From positions 12,045 to 76,044 of IMG/VR virus record IMGVR_UViG_3300034063_001922: a stretch of DNA of 64,000 bases, one strand, 5' to 3'. Position 1 is the first letter of the stretch. The number at the start of each line of letters is the position of its first letter. The DNA is from a virus. Under the pieces are notes generated by a model. The model did not search any database and was not told where the DNA came from. It worked only from the letters and a program-made list of their open reading frames with translations. The translations under genes were made by a program, and so were the position numbers. This document shows, piece by piece, positions 29,300-39,072 of the stretch.

Positions 29300-30196
29300 A
29301 TGGCCACTGCCACTGCTTCCTCCACCTCCAGCACTGCCGCCGCCAGCGGCCAGGGCGCTGACGACAACTACGCCGCCACCGGCCAGCCCGGTGAATCCAC
29401 GGCAGCCGGTGGCCCCACGGGCGACCCCAACGGCGCCGGCAGCCAGGCCGGTTCAACCGCCAGCGGCGGCGACAGCTTCGGCGCTGCAGCATCCGAGGCC
29501 GGTGCTCCCCCGCTGGACGACAACCGCCTCTCCGATCCCCTGCGGGCCGAACGGCGCAAGAGCAACCAGCTCGAAAAAGAGATCCGCACCCTGCGGCAGC
29601 AGCTGAACCGCTTCTCGGAGATCAACCCCGAGGAGTACGCCCGCCTGCAGGAGGCCGAACGCCAGAAGCAGATCCTCGAGCAGCAGATGGAGCTGCGCGA
29701 ACGGCAGATGGAGGAGGCTTCCGCCCAGAAGGTGGCAGCAGTGGCTGCCGAGCGTGATGAAGCCAAACAGCAGGTGCTGCAGCTCCGCAAGGATCGTCTT
29801 CTGGAGCGTGCCTTCTCCCAGGCCGAGGGCCGCACCGGTGGTGACGCCAGGGGCACGTTCTTCGACATCTTCAAGGGGCAGCTGGGCACCTGCTTCCGCC
29901 TCAGCACCGGCGGCGATGGCAAGGACGTGCTCGAACCCCTCGACGGGCAGGGCAAACCCCTGCTGGGTGATGACGGCCGGCCGATGACCACGACCGAGTT
30001 CCTCGATCAGATGCGCGTGCATCCCGTCTACGGCTTCCTCTTCCAGCAGCGGGGCCCGGCCGGCATGCAGGCCGCTGGTGGGCTGACGGTGTCGGGTATC
30101 GGCAGCAACGGCGAACCGATCAACCCCCAGGCGATGTCGGCGTCAGAGCTCTACCGGGCCTCGTTCGCGGTCAACGGCCGCGGTGCTCGTCGCTGA
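29300..30196 (+). CDS. Capsid scaffolding protein
   Basis: Low-complexity N-terminus, long coiled coil (LRAERRK..INPEEYARL), located between portal and capsid. Confidence 0.7.
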   Translation: MATATASSTSSTAAASGQGADDNYAATGQPGESTAAGGPTGDPNGAGSQAGSTASGGDSFGAAASEAGAPPLDDNRLSDPLRAERRKSNQLEKEIRTLRQQLNRFSEINPEEYARLQEAERQKQILEQQMELRERQMEEASAQKVAAVAAERDEAKQQVLQLRKDRLLERAFSQAEGRTGGDARGTFFDIFKGQLGTCFRLSTGGDGKDVLEPLDGQGKPLLGDDGRPMTTTEFLDQMRVHPVYGFLFQQRGPAGMQAAGGLTVSGIGSNGEPINPQAMSASELYRASFAVNGRGARR

Positions 30197-30212
30197 GACA
30201 CCAGGCACCCTG

Positions 30213-30689
30213 ATGGCACGTCGGCCGCGCAGCTTCTACGCCGGACTCTCCTTTCGGCCGCCAGCCCCTGTGGCCGCTGCCGCCCGTCGTGCCCTGGAGC
30301 GCCGGGCGCAGCAACCCCCTTCGAACCGCGGCATGACCCCGGTGGGGCTGGCCCGCGCCCGGCAGTTGCTCCACCGGCAGGAGCTCTCCCCCCAGACGAT
30401 CGATCGGATGGTGAGCTACTTCGCCCGTCACGAAGTCGACAAGCAGGGCTCCAGCTGGGAGACCTACGGCAAGGGCCGTCAGGCCTGGGATGGCTGGGGC
30501 GGCGACCCCGGCCGCCGCTGGGCCAAGGCGCTCGCGCGCCGGATGGACTCGCTGGAGCGATCCTCCGTCCGTTCACCAACTGCCACTCAGCAGCGACGAG
30601 GTCGAGGATCACACTCACCCAATCAACGGATCCACGCACCGATCAACCAATCACCACCAACCCCGAGAACCAATCACGGGAGAAAATGA
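30213..30689 (+). CDS. Conserved phage head-module hypothetical protein
   Basis: GMTPVGLARARQL..TIDRMVSYFARHEVDK..AWDGWGGD.G..WA motif, which I recall from phage head modules. Confidence 0.7.
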   Translation: MARRPRSFYAGLSFRPPAPVAAAARRALERRAQQPPSNRGMTPVGLARARQLLHRQELSPQTIDRMVSYFARHEVDKQGSSWETYGKGRQAWDGWGGDPGRRWAKALARRMDSLERSSVRSPTATQQRRGRGSHSPNQRIHAPINQSPPTPRTNHGRK

Positions 30690-30777
30690 ATGTTGATCCA
30701 AGGGGGGTATACCCCAAAAAACTAAAAACACGCGCCGACTGCCTCGAAAATTTCTCAGGTTCTGGGCAATCCCCCTC

Positions 30778-31152
30778 TCAGCCTCTGCTGTCCTGATCGG
30801 CTACCAGCAGCAGGCCGCCGATGATCGCCAGGTTCTTGAACAGCTGAATTCGCTCCATCTTGTCCGCCACATCCCCGTGGAAGATCAGCGTCGTGGGAAT
30901 CAGGAACAGCAGCAGCAACACCACACCCAGCCGTGCCCTCCAGCCGCTGATCACCAGGGCTGAGCCCACCGCCATCAGGACCATGGCCGCCACCAGCAGC
31001 AGCGGCGCCAGCGGCAGTCCCTTGGCGGCGATGGCGCCTGCCACACCGGCAAAGCCCGTCAGCTTGCCGATCACGGCATTCACGAACACCAGGCAAAGCA
31101 GCACGCGGGCGATGCGGTTGAGCAGGGGCGGTCGGCGGCTCTGCTGGTTCAT
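30778..31152 (-). CDS. DoxX family membrane protein
   Basis: ARVLLCLVF..GKL..GLP..FLIPTTLIFH..FKNLAIIGGLL. Confidence 0.88.
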   Translation of the reverse strand: MNQQSRRPPLLNRIARVLLCLVFVNAVIGKLTGFAGVAGAIAAKGLPLAPLLLVAAMVLMAVGSALVISGWRARLGVVLLLLFLIPTTLIFHGDVADKMERIQLFKNLAIIGGLLLVADQDSRG

Positions 31153-31276
31153 GAGGGGGCGAGGTCTGCTGGGGGCATTGTGTGGTCGCCAGCCTGCTGC
31201 TGTGGGCCAGCAGCAGGCTGGCCCCGGCGAGCGCTCACCCGCCGGGGCGCTGCCAGGGGCCCGCAGGCCCCGAGGC

Positions 31277-31489
31277 TCAGAGCACCGCCACGGTGCCGAG
31301 GCGCCGGGCCTGGAGCTTGCGGGCCCAGAAGTGAGCGCGCTCAGCCGGGATGAAGCGGGGCTTTTTGACCGGCTTGCCGCGGCGGCCATAGAAGACCGTG
31401 ATGCGCTCGGCATCGGCGGCCTTGATCCCACCGGGATAGACGAACACCGCCAGCTGGCGGATTTCGCAGCGGGGAGAGAAGGAGGCCAT
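31277..31489 (-). CDS. Small basic hypothetical protein
   Basis: Distantly similar to 60169-60408; preceded by hairpin A. Confidence 0.6.
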   Translation of the reverse strand: MASFSPRCEIRQLAVFVYPGGIKAADAERITVFYGRRGKPVKKPRFIPAERAHFWARKLQARRLGTVAVL

Positions 31490-31624
31490 CACAAGGAAGG
31501 CGAGGGACGTCCGCGATCAGCCCCGGCTTGCCCCTGGAGGCAAGGACCGCGCAGCGGCCCGGCCTGATCCTTGCCGCCTGGGGCGGGCTGGGGCAGCGGT
31601 GCTCAGGCCCTCGCCGACCGTGAT
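31488..31624. promoter_or_regulatory. Long imperfect hairpin A
   Basis: GGCGAGGG/CCCTCGCC, GCCCCGGCTTGCCCC/GGGGCGGGCTGGGGC, GGCAAGGA/TCCTTGCC, inner CCGC-GCA-GCGG. Confidence 0.65.
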
Positions 31625-31770
31625 CCTCCCGATCCCGCTCGTGCTGAATCCCTCTGCCAGTGGGCTCGTGTGACCCGGCGGATCAGCACCCTGCCTCAGC
31701 CGTGCCGTCGTCCATGGCTGCAGCGACCAAAAAAAGAGGCCCCCTGGGGAGCCCCGCCCGGCTGCTGGCC

Positions 31771-31956
31771 TCAGAAGGGAATGAGCGCCTCGATCGCTGG
31801 ATCAACCCGCATGGCCGGGGCAGCTGCCTGCTGCTCGAACAGCACCTGGGCCGCCAGCTCAGCAAGCCGTGGCCAGCGCGCGCTGCAGAACGCCAGATCT
31901 TCCAGCACCTGCCAGGAGAACTGCTGCAGCTGGATCTTGCGGGAAAGAGAGGCCAT
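31771..31956 (-). CDS. Small hypothetical protein (ends IPF)
   Basis: 61-aa ORF preceded by hairpin B. Confidence 0.55.
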   Translation of the reverse strand: MASLSRKIQLQQFSWQVLEDLAFCSARWPRLAELAAQVLFEQQAAAPAMRVDPAIEALIPF

Positions 31957-32116
31957 GGGAGGGCTCCGCGTAGGACCCCTCAGCCGGCGGGGGGCGGGTC
32001 AAGGGCCCGTCCACAACTGGGATGCGGAGCGCAGCGCAGCCAACGTCCACACCGGCGGGCTCGTATCACCCTTGAGGCGCCCCCCGACCATGAGGAGGGC
32101 CGGAGCGGAGCCCCAT
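31955..32116. promoter_or_regulatory. Long imperfect hairpin B
   Basis: GGGCTCCGC/GCGGAGCCC, CGGGGGGCG/CGCCCCCCG, TCAAGGG/CCCTTGA; loop GCGGAGCGCAGCGCAGCCAACGTCCA shared with 43300-43326. Confidence 0.7.
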
Positions 32117-32158
32117 CGAGAGCCGGTGGTCGCACAACCGCTGAGTTGCTCACCCGCA

Positions 32159-32174
32159 TGGCAATAGCCGGTGA
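32159..32174 (+). promoter_or_regulatory. TGGCAATAG-N3-GTGA late-promoter-like motif (capsid)
   Basis: 52 nt before the capsid ATG. Confidence 0.65.
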
Positions 32175-32210
32175 CGTGATCTGGGGCCGGGCCCCGGGAG
32201 TGCAGCACCG

Positions 32211-33128
32211 ATGGGCCTCACCCTGATCGAGGCAGCCAAGTACGAGACCCGCCTGGAGCACCTGGCGGTGATCAAGACCTTCGCTGAGGGCGAACTGCTC
32301 AGCTGGCTGCCGTTCATGAACATCGCCGGCGGCGGCCTCTTCTATTCCGTCGAGAAGGAGCTCCCCTCGGTGGGCTTCCGGGCCGTGAACGAGGGCTACA
32401 AGCAGAGCTACGGCGTCGTCGATCCCCAGTCAGAGGCCGTGCACCTCTTCGGGGGTGACGTGGATGTGGACCGCTCGATCGTTGACCTGCAGGGCCCGGA
32501 GGCCCGTGCTGCTCAGACCGAGATGAAGGTCCGCTCGATGCGGCTAACGCTGGAGGCCGCCTTGATCAATGGCGACGCCACCGCCAGTCAGGGCCGGGGC
32601 TTTGATGGCCTGGCCAAGCGCCTGATGCCCGGCAGCGAGATGGCGCTGAACAACGGTGGCGGGGCGCTCGATTTCGACAAGCTCGATGAGCTGATCGACT
32701 CGGTCAATTCCTACGGCGGCAAGAAGTACTTGGTGATGAGCAAGGCGATGCGCCGCCAGCTCAATGCCCTCGCCCGCGCCACCGTCGGCCAAGGCGTCTA
32801 CAACGTCTCCACCAACAACCTGGGCGTGATGGTGCATCACTACCAGGAGTGCCAGATCCTCACGGTTGACCGCGACGCCCAGGGCCTCGAAGTCCTCGGG
32901 TACGGGGAAGCGGGCGGCACCAGCTCCATCTACTGCTGCACCTTTGGCGACCAGGCCGTCACCGGACTGCAGGGACCGTTCCAGGGCCGCTACGGCATCT
33001 CCGTGCGCGACCTCGGTGAAGTCCCCGATGCCCCTGTCTTCCGTACCCGGATCGATTGGTACGTGGGCTTTGGCGTCATGCACCCCCGCGCCGCCGGCCG
33101 GCTGCACAGCATCGCACCCATTTCCTGA
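32211..33128 (+). CDS. Major capsid protein
   Basis: MGLTLIEAAK..LPSVGFRAVNEGY..GGDVDVDR..INGD..FDGL..LDELID..RTRIDWYVG pattern typical of an HK97-fold MCP family. Confidence 0.88.
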   Translation: MGLTLIEAAKYETRLEHLAVIKTFAEGELLSWLPFMNIAGGGLFYSVEKELPSVGFRAVNEGYKQSYGVVDPQSEAVHLFGGDVDVDRSIVDLQGPEARAAQTEMKVRSMRLTLEAALINGDATASQGRGFDGLAKRLMPGSEMALNNGGGALDFDKLDELIDSVNSYGGKKYLVMSKAMRRQLNALARATVGQGVYNVSTNNLGVMVHHYQECQILTVDRDAQGLEVLGYGEAGGTSSIYCCTFGDQAVTGLQGPFQGRYGISVRDLGEVPDAPVFRTRIDWYVGFGVMHPRAAGRLHSIAPIS

Positions 33129-33163
33129 CCGCCACTCCGTACCCCTTCCTTGGAGACCGACCG

Positions 33164-33601
33164 ATGACTCCCCTCAAGGCCAATCCCCTCCTCGATGCCG
33201 CCACCGTGCTGGTGGGCTGGACCAACCGCTCCGCCACCCGTGACACCGAGAAGGTATTCACCAGCGGTGAGGTGGTGAAACTCAACACCAAGCTCGATGC
33301 CACCGCCCAGTTCTCCCTGCTGGTGTCCCACCCGGGCCACAGCGCTGCGGTGACGGTGGTGCTGCACCTGGCGCCCCAGCTGCGCGACGGCACCCGCGGC
33401 ACCTTCATCCCGGTGGCCACCGTTGCCGTGCCAGCGGAAGGCGGTCGGGTGGAGGCCTACATCAGCGGCCACGACATTCTGCTGGATGCCGTCGATGCCG
33501 ATAACGCCGACCTACCGGCGCTCTGCTTCGCGAAAGCTGTCGTTACCCCTTCCACGCCCGAGGGGATGGTCGTCGGCCTGACCGCCACGCTGCCGGCCTG
33601 A
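33164..33601 (+). CDS. Probable head decoration/structural protein
   Basis: Beta-rich ORF directly after the MCP. Confidence 0.55.
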   Translation: MTPLKANPLLDAATVLVGWTNRSATRDTEKVFTSGEVVKLNTKLDATAQFSLLVSHPGHSAAVTVVLHLAPQLRDGTRGTFIPVATVAVPAEGGRVEAYISGHDILLDAVDADNADLPALCFAKAVVTPSTPEGMVVGLTATLPA

Positions 33602-33603
33602 CC

Positions 33604-34101
33604 ATGAACCACTCCCCCATGGCCGGAATCGCTGTCCAGGGACCTCTTCCGGCCGGGATGCTGCGCATCCGGCAAGGCAGCCAGGAGCGCTACGTCTGGC
33701 CGGTGCATCTGCCCGGCTGGCTGGGGCTCGGCTGGCGTGTGGCCGGGGCTGAGGCAACAGCCGGAGCCCCAACGATTGGGGTCGCCGCAGCAGAACCGCC
33801 GGCTCCCATCGCCGCAGATGGAAGCCAGCTGCTGGAGCCGGACGATGCAAAACCTGCATCAACCCGCGGCCGGCGCGGCCGGCGCCGCAAGGAGGAGCCG
33901 GAACAGCCACCCGCCGGGGGTGAGGCCCACCCGGAAGAAACCGGGACGACCCCTGAGGCGGACGCGGCCGACTCCGAGCACCCGGCAGCCCCTGAGGCTC
34001 CAGAGGAGGCAGGCACCACGCCTCGCGATGACTCCACCACAGACGGGGGCGACGCGCTGAGCGCCCTGCCCGATGACCTCTTCTCCGACCCGTTGATCTG
34101 A
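33604..34101 (+). CDS. Hypothetical protein with acidic low-complexity C-terminus
   Basis: In the structural operon. Confidence 0.6.
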   Translation: MNHSPMAGIAVQGPLPAGMLRIRQGSQERYVWPVHLPGWLGLGWRVAGAEATAGAPTIGVAAAEPPAPIAADGSQLLEPDDAKPASTRGRRGRRRKEEPEQPPAGGEAHPEETGTTPEADAADSEHPAAPEAPEEAGTTPRDDSTTDGGDALSALPDDLFSDPLI

Positions 34102-34111
34102 TCCCCTCGCC

Positions 34112-34891
34112 ATGCCCTACCCCCTGCCCGAGCAACCAGCCACGGTGGGCGGGGTACGGGTGCGGCTGCTCCCTCCCCTCGGCTGCCCCGGCACCGAGCA
34201 GTGGGTGCTGCCGATGGAGTTCGGCCGTTGGGAAGAACTCGGTTACCGCAAGGGCCCGGTGCCGGCGAACGACCTGGAGCTGTTCTGGCTGCCGGCCGAT
34301 CGCCGCTGGAATGAACCGATCGCCTCGGTGGCGATCGAGCTGCTGATCAACCCCCGCCAGAGCATCACCTCTCCCATCTCAGTCACCTGGGGGGATGGCA
34401 GCAGCGATCTGCTGCCCTGGCCGGTCACCTCCCGCACCGCACCGCGGCTGCGGCACGTCTACGCCCAACGAGCCGATGTCACGGTCCAGGTGCAGCTGGG
34501 GATGCTGATCGCCTCTCTGTCTGTCGCCCTGGTGGGCTGCCCCGTGCCGCCCCAACAGCTGTTGAACAACCGTGATGGCGGTGGCGCCAGCAGCAGCGGC
34601 ACCATCCAGCCCCTGATCCCCAGCAGCGGCATCACCGGTGAGCCCTACGACGGCCGCCATGCAGTGGTCTGGCGCCTGCGCCTCCACCCCAACGGTGGCC
34701 TGGGCTTCCTTCCAGATCCCAGCAGTGGCGAGCCGGCCCTGGCGGTGGTGCAGGAATCAGGCGTCGGCAGCCGCGCCACCCGCTGGTACTCCGGCAACGG
34801 GGCCCCGCCGACGACCTTGGAGCCGCCGCCGGCGGTGGGTGACTTCTACCTCGACCGGCTCACGGGGCAGGTCTACGAACTCTCCGCCTGA
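34112..34891 (+). CDS. Structural protein with PKD-like segment
   Basis: VTWGDGS..HVY motif; C-terminal WYSGNGAPP..GDFYLDRLTGQVY motif shared with 37810-39054. Confidence 0.65.
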   Translation: MPYPLPEQPATVGGVRVRLLPPLGCPGTEQWVLPMEFGRWEELGYRKGPVPANDLELFWLPADRRWNEPIASVAIELLINPRQSITSPISVTWGDGSSDLLPWPVTSRTAPRLRHVYAQRADVTVQVQLGMLIASLSVALVGCPVPPQQLLNNRDGGGASSSGTIQPLIPSSGITGEPYDGRHAVVWRLRLHPNGGLGFLPDPSSGEPALAVVQESGVGSRATRWYSGNGAPPTTLEPPPAVGDFYLDRLTGQVYELSA

Positions 34892-34896
34892 TCGCT

Positions 34897-35631
34897 GTGC
34901 CTGAGCTGAACAAAGGGCTGGCCGAGCGGGTGGAGGTGTTCACCCGCGCCACCAGCGATGCCCTGCAGAAAGCCGTCGGGGACGTGCTTGATGCCCGCAG
35001 CCCCTGGCAGCTGCTCTACCGGCTCTCGCGCATCGTGCTGCTCGGCCTGGTGCTGTACACCGCCTGGCTGCTGATCACCCTGCAGCCGGAGCTGGCCAAA
35101 CGGATGAGCACCACCCCGGCCCCGACCCTGCAGGAGCAGGTGGCGGCCCATCAGGGCCAGGTGCAAGCGCTGCTGCGCACGGCGATCGACAGCAGCGGCG
35201 ATGGCCTCCACACCCTGGTGCTGCTCCAGTGGGATGGAAGCAGCAGCGCCACCGTGCTGGTCGTTGCGGGGCGGGCCGGCCAGCTGGAGCTCTCCGCCGA
35301 TCAGCCGCTGCTGCTGGGGGTGGAGATGGCTGCGGCCCTGGGCCATCTCGCCCTGGGCCTCTGCGCCAGCGAGCAGCCAGAAGCCCTGCCCCTCCCTCAC
35401 GATTCCGGTGCATCCGGGGGGGCAACGGCGAGCGCCGCGCTGCTCTGTCCGGTGGGCTGCGGCACCACCAGCCGCCATCGCGGCCTGCTGCTGAGCCTCT
35501 ACGACCAACGCTCGGCCGCCGCGGGTGAGCGGCAGCTGCGGCGGCAGCAGGAGCTGCTGTTGATCGCCCGCCGCCTCGGGGAGCTGCTGGCCGATGACGA
35601 CCCCGGCTCCGGCCATGGCAAGAGACAGTGA
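34897..35631 (+). CDS. Hypothetical membrane protein
   Basis: One transmembrane segment (IVLLGLVLYTAWLLI). Confidence 0.6.
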   Translation: MPELNKGLAERVEVFTRATSDALQKAVGDVLDARSPWQLLYRLSRIVLLGLVLYTAWLLITLQPELAKRMSTTPAPTLQEQVAAHQGQVQALLRTAIDSSGDGLHTLVLLQWDGSSSATVLVVAGRAGQLELSADQPLLLGVEMAAALGHLALGLCASEQPEALPLPHDSGASGGATASAALLCPVGCGTTSRHRGLLLSLYDQRSAAAGERQLRRQQELLLIARRLGELLADDDPGSGHGKRQ

Positions 35632-35649
35632 TCGCCGCTTCCCGCCGCC

Positions 35650-35943
35650 GTGGCCCTGTTCTGGACGCAACTGGCCTCTCTGCTCGGGCCCCCAGGCCAG
35701 GCTGGACCGCCGGGACCCCAGGGCGCCGGCGTCCCGGCCGGGGGCAGTGCCGGCCAGACCCTGCGCAAGCGCAGCGCCGCGGACTTCGACAGCGAATGGG
35801 CGACGCCCCCCGCCAGCGCTGATCTCCTCTTCATTCAGGACAGTGCACCGACGGCCGAGCAGCTGGCGGGCGCCTCCCGTTACCAGTGGTGGGACACCAG
35901 CGGCGGTGCCCTCACCCTCTACATCGAGGACGGGGTGAACTGA
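35650..35943 (+). CDS. Short collagen-repeat fibre-associated protein
   Basis: GPPGQAGPPGPQG, GVPAGGSAGQTLRK..DFDSEW; preceded by TGGCAAGAG-N3-GTGA at 35616. Confidence 0.65.
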   Translation: MALFWTQLASLLGPPGQAGPPGPQGAGVPAGGSAGQTLRKRSAADFDSEWATPPASADLLFIQDSAPTAEQLAGASRYQWWDTSGGALTLYIEDGVN

Positions 35944-36266
35944 TGGCCCTGCGCAATGCCTTTGACGATCTCGCGCTGGAATCGACCCTCCAGTCGCTGC
36001 GGCTGGCGGTCGCTGCCCTCACCCGCACCATCGGTCTGATCACGCCCGATGCGGCTGGCCGCATGCGCGTGAGCCTCGACGCGGCCCCAGCGACGGTTGC
36101 CGCCACCCAATCCGGTACCTGGAACGTCACCACCCTGACGACCCTGACCACCTGCTCCACCCTCACCAACCAGAGCCAGGTGGGCGGCTACGGCGCCAAT
36201 GATCAGATCCCTGCCCTGATGCACCTTTCGGCCGATTCCCTGCGGCGCAACATCACCGTGAGCTGA
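35943..36266 (+). CDS. Hypothetical structural protein
   Basis: TGATG coupling with the upstream gene. Confidence 0.6.
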   Translation: MALRNAFDDLALESTLQSLRLAVAALTRTIGLITPDAAGRMRVSLDAAPATVAATQSGTWNVTTLTTLTTCSTLTNQSQVGGYGANDQIPALMHLSADSLRRNITVS

Positions 36267-36277
36267 GGTGAATTGAG

Positions 36278-37717
36278 ATGCCCATCAGCAACGGCAACCG
36301 CAAGATCCTCGATCTCAAGCGCTGGGAGTTCTGCACCCCCGCCCCAGCCGCCACCGCCGCCGGCCACTTCATCGTCTCCAGCCGCCATTACCGCCAGCAG
36401 CAGCTGCTGGTGCAATCGAACACCGCTGCCTTCCTCTACAACCCAGCGGAGGACGGCTGGATACAGATTCCCTCCCCCGCCCTGGCAGGAACCTTTGGTG
36501 CTGGTGCCTGCGGCACTGCGGGCTCCTTTTCCACCGGGGCGACTGCTGCAGCCTCCAGCCTCACCGCAACCGCCGGCACCACCACCAGCCTCACTACCAA
36601 TCAAAACCTGCAGCGGGACCTGCGGGGCTACAGCGTCTTGATCGTGGGCGGCAGCAACGCCGGCCGGCTCAAGACCATCGCCGCCAACACCCTCGGCGCC
36701 AATGCGGTGCTTACCTTCACGGAGGCGGAGGCAACGGCCTTTGATGCCACCAGCCAGTACCGCCTGCTCACCCCCACCTTCTTTGTGCTCGGGGCCGGCA
36801 CCCTCGCTGCCGGCTCGTTCCGGCGGTACGACTTCGCGACCAACAGCTGGATCACCCTGGCCCACGGCGGCCTGCCGGCCACGATCGGCACCGATGGCCG
36901 GCTGATGTCCACCCCCGCCTGGATCGACAACGGCTTCCGTTCCTTCGCCTCAGGCACTGCCACCGCTGGGAACACAACCACCCTCATCAACACCGCCAAG
37001 GGCTGGGCCACCAACCAGTGGGCCAACAGCCAGCTCCGCATCACCGCCGGCACCGGCGCCGGTCAGATCCGCACCGTGGCGAGCAACACAGCCACCACCC
37101 TCACGCTGAGCAGCGCCTGGAGCACCGCTCCCGATGCCACCAGCCAGTACAGCCTGGAGGGCAACGACGATGCGCTGTACTTCATCGGCAACAACGCCGT
37201 CGCGCTGTACCGCTACAGCATCAGCGCCAACAGCTGGTCCACCCTCTCCCCCACAACTGCCCGCGCTGCAGCGCCGGGGGCAGGACTTTCGGGCCACTGG
37301 ATCCATTCGGTGAGTGCGAGCGACTGGAGCAGCGAGAACAGCATCCGCAATGGCCGCTACCTCTATTCCTTCCGCGGCGGCGGCTCTGCGGTGCTCGATC
37401 GGTATGACATCGCCGCCAACACCTGGGAGAACGCCCTGCCCTATGCCCCGGCGACGGAGACCTTCTCGGCGGGCACCAAGCTGGCCTACAACGGCGATTT
37501 CCTCTATCTGCAGAAGGACGCCACCAGCCGCTGGTTCCGCTACGACTTCGCCCAGTCCGCCATGGACGGCTGGACGACCATGCTCTACCCGCAAGGCGCG
37601 GCGGTGGTGGGCGACACGGCCTTTGATGTGTCCTTCCGCGATGGGAATAGCGAGATTGTTTATATCTACATGCTGCTCAACACCTCGGCGGTGAGCCTGC
37701 GGCAGATGGTGATCTGA
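36278..37717 (+). CDS. Thr/Ala-rich beta-propeller-like virion protein
   Basis: Repeated RYD..N.W kelch-like motifs and duplicated G..AG.(I/L)(R/K)T(I/V)A.NT units. Confidence 0.7.
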   Translation: MPISNGNRKILDLKRWEFCTPAPAATAAGHFIVSSRHYRQQQLLVQSNTAAFLYNPAEDGWIQIPSPALAGTFGAGACGTAGSFSTGATAAASSLTATAGTTTSLTTNQNLQRDLRGYSVLIVGGSNAGRLKTIAANTLGANAVLTFTEAEATAFDATSQYRLLTPTFFVLGAGTLAAGSFRRYDFATNSWITLAHGGLPATIGTDGRLMSTPAWIDNGFRSFASGTATAGNTTTLINTAKGWATNQWANSQLRITAGTGAGQIRTVASNTATTLTLSSAWSTAPDATSQYSLEGNDDALYFIGNNAVALYRYSISANSWSTLSPTTARAAAPGAGLSGHWIHSVSASDWSSENSIRNGRYLYSFRGGGSAVLDRYDIAANTWENALPYAPATETFSAGTKLAYNGDFLYLQKDATSRWFRYDFAQSAMDGWTTMLYPQGAAVVGDTAFDVSFRDGNSEIVYIYMLLNTSAVSLRQMVI

Positions 37718-37754
37718 GCCCCAAAGGGGGGCAGACGGGGAAGGACTCGATCCA

Positions 37755-37770
37755 TGGCAATAGGCAGTGA
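37755..37770 (+). promoter_or_regulatory. TGGCAATAG-N3-GTGA late-promoter-like motif (collagen fibre)
   Basis: 55 nt before ATG 37810. Confidence 0.65.
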
Positions 37771-37809
37771 CCTGCTCGGCTGCAAGGCCCGGCGCGCACT
37801 GCTTCTGCC

Positions 37810-39054
37810 ATGGGTTCCTGGAAAACCTCCGGTTCGATCCGCGGTCCTGAGGGGCCCGCCGGTCCCCAGGGCTCGCCCGGTGTGCAGGGCGTCCAGGGCC
37901 CGTCAGGTCCCCAGGGCCCCCAGGGGCCCGCCGGATTGCAGGGGACGCAAGGCCCTGCCGGATCATCTGGCCCCGCGGGCCCGACCGGCCCCCAGGGCAT
38001 CCAGGGTCCGGCGGGGATCGGTATCAACTTCAAGGGCCAGGTCGCCACTCTCGCCGCCTTGCCCACAGGCGCCGCCCAGGGCGATGCCTACCTGGTGCAG
38101 GCCGATGACTCGCTGCGGGTGTGGGACAGCGGCAGCAACAGCTGGGTGAACGGCGGCTCGATCCAGGGTCCCCAGGGACCAGCCGGCGTGGCCGGCCCGA
38201 CCGGCGCCGCCGGCTCCCAAGGACCAGCTGGCCCGCAAGGCCCCCAGGGCATTCAGGGTCCGGCTGGCGCCGATGGGCTGATCGGCCCCCGCGGCAGCGG
38301 CTGGTTCACCGGCACCGGCGCCCCACCGCCAACGATCCCGGGTGCTGTCGATGGCGATCTCTACCTCGATCTGACGACGGGAACCGTCTATGTGCTCGGC
38401 CCGATTCGCATCGCGGATCTGCCCGCCATCGGCAGCGCCTTCCAGGGCGGCTTCTATGCCGGCCTGATCAGCCATACCGCCAATGGTGTGGCCACCCATG
38501 CACTGATCATTTCGCCCAAGACTGCCGGCTCGCTGCTGAACGTGGCCTGGAAGAGCGCCAATACGTCCACGACGGGAACCACGAGCGTGTTCGACGGCTG
38601 GGCGAACAGCGAGGCGATGAACAACGGCAGCCATCCGGCCGCCCAGTTCTGCCGCTCGCTCACCATCAACGGCTACGACGATTGGTATCTACCGGCCACC
38701 CAGGAGTGGGACATCCTCTGGCGTGCCTTCAAGCCGGAGGCGACAGCTGCTGGCACCTATTCGGGTGCTGGATTCGGCGCCAACCCCTATGCGGTGCCCC
38801 AGGGCGGCAACTACAGCGACAGCAACCCAGCCCTCACCTCCGTTCTCGACTTCCGCGCCGCCGGGGCGGAGACGCTCCGGCACTTCGATGAGAACTACGG
38901 CGACGATCCCTTCTTCCACTGGACCTCCACCCAGGCCGCCAGCGGCACGGCCTATCAGCGCACGACCTACATGGGCATCCAGCTGGCGGAGAGCAAGACG
39001 ATCGCCACGGCCACCCAGGTGCGGGCGATCCGCCGCATTCAGGTGCTGCCGTAA
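37810..39054 (+). CDS. Collagen-like fibre with C-terminal DUF1566/Lcl-type C-type-lectin domain
   Basis: Two G-X-Y tracts; [33 protein letters not shown]. Confidence 0.85.
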   Translation: MGSWKTSGSIRGPEGPAGPQGSPGVQGVQGPSGPQGPQGPAGLQGTQGPAGSSGPAGPTGPQGIQGPAGIGINFKGQVATLAALPTGAAQGDAYLVQADDSLRVWDSGSNSWVNGGSIQGPQGPAGVAGPTGAAGSQGPAGPQGPQGIQGPAGADGLIGPRGSGWFTGTGAPPPTIPGAVDGDLYLDLTTGTVYVLGPIRIADLPAIGSAFQGGFYAGLISHTANGVATHALIISPKTAGSLLNVAWKSANTSTTGTTSVFDGWANSEAMNNGSHPAAQFCRSLTINGYDDWYLPATQEWDILWRAFKPEATAAGTYSGAGFGANPYAVPQGGNYSDSNPALTSVLDFRAAGAETLRHFDENYGDDPFFHWTSTQAASGTAYQRTTYMGIQLAESKTIATATQVRAIRRIQVLP

Positions 39055-39072
39055 CCAACCGAGGGCACGCCC

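Noticed and set aside
37810-39054. Complete diversity-generating retroelement
   Set aside because: No reverse transcriptase, Avd or adenine-variant template repeat found in the window.
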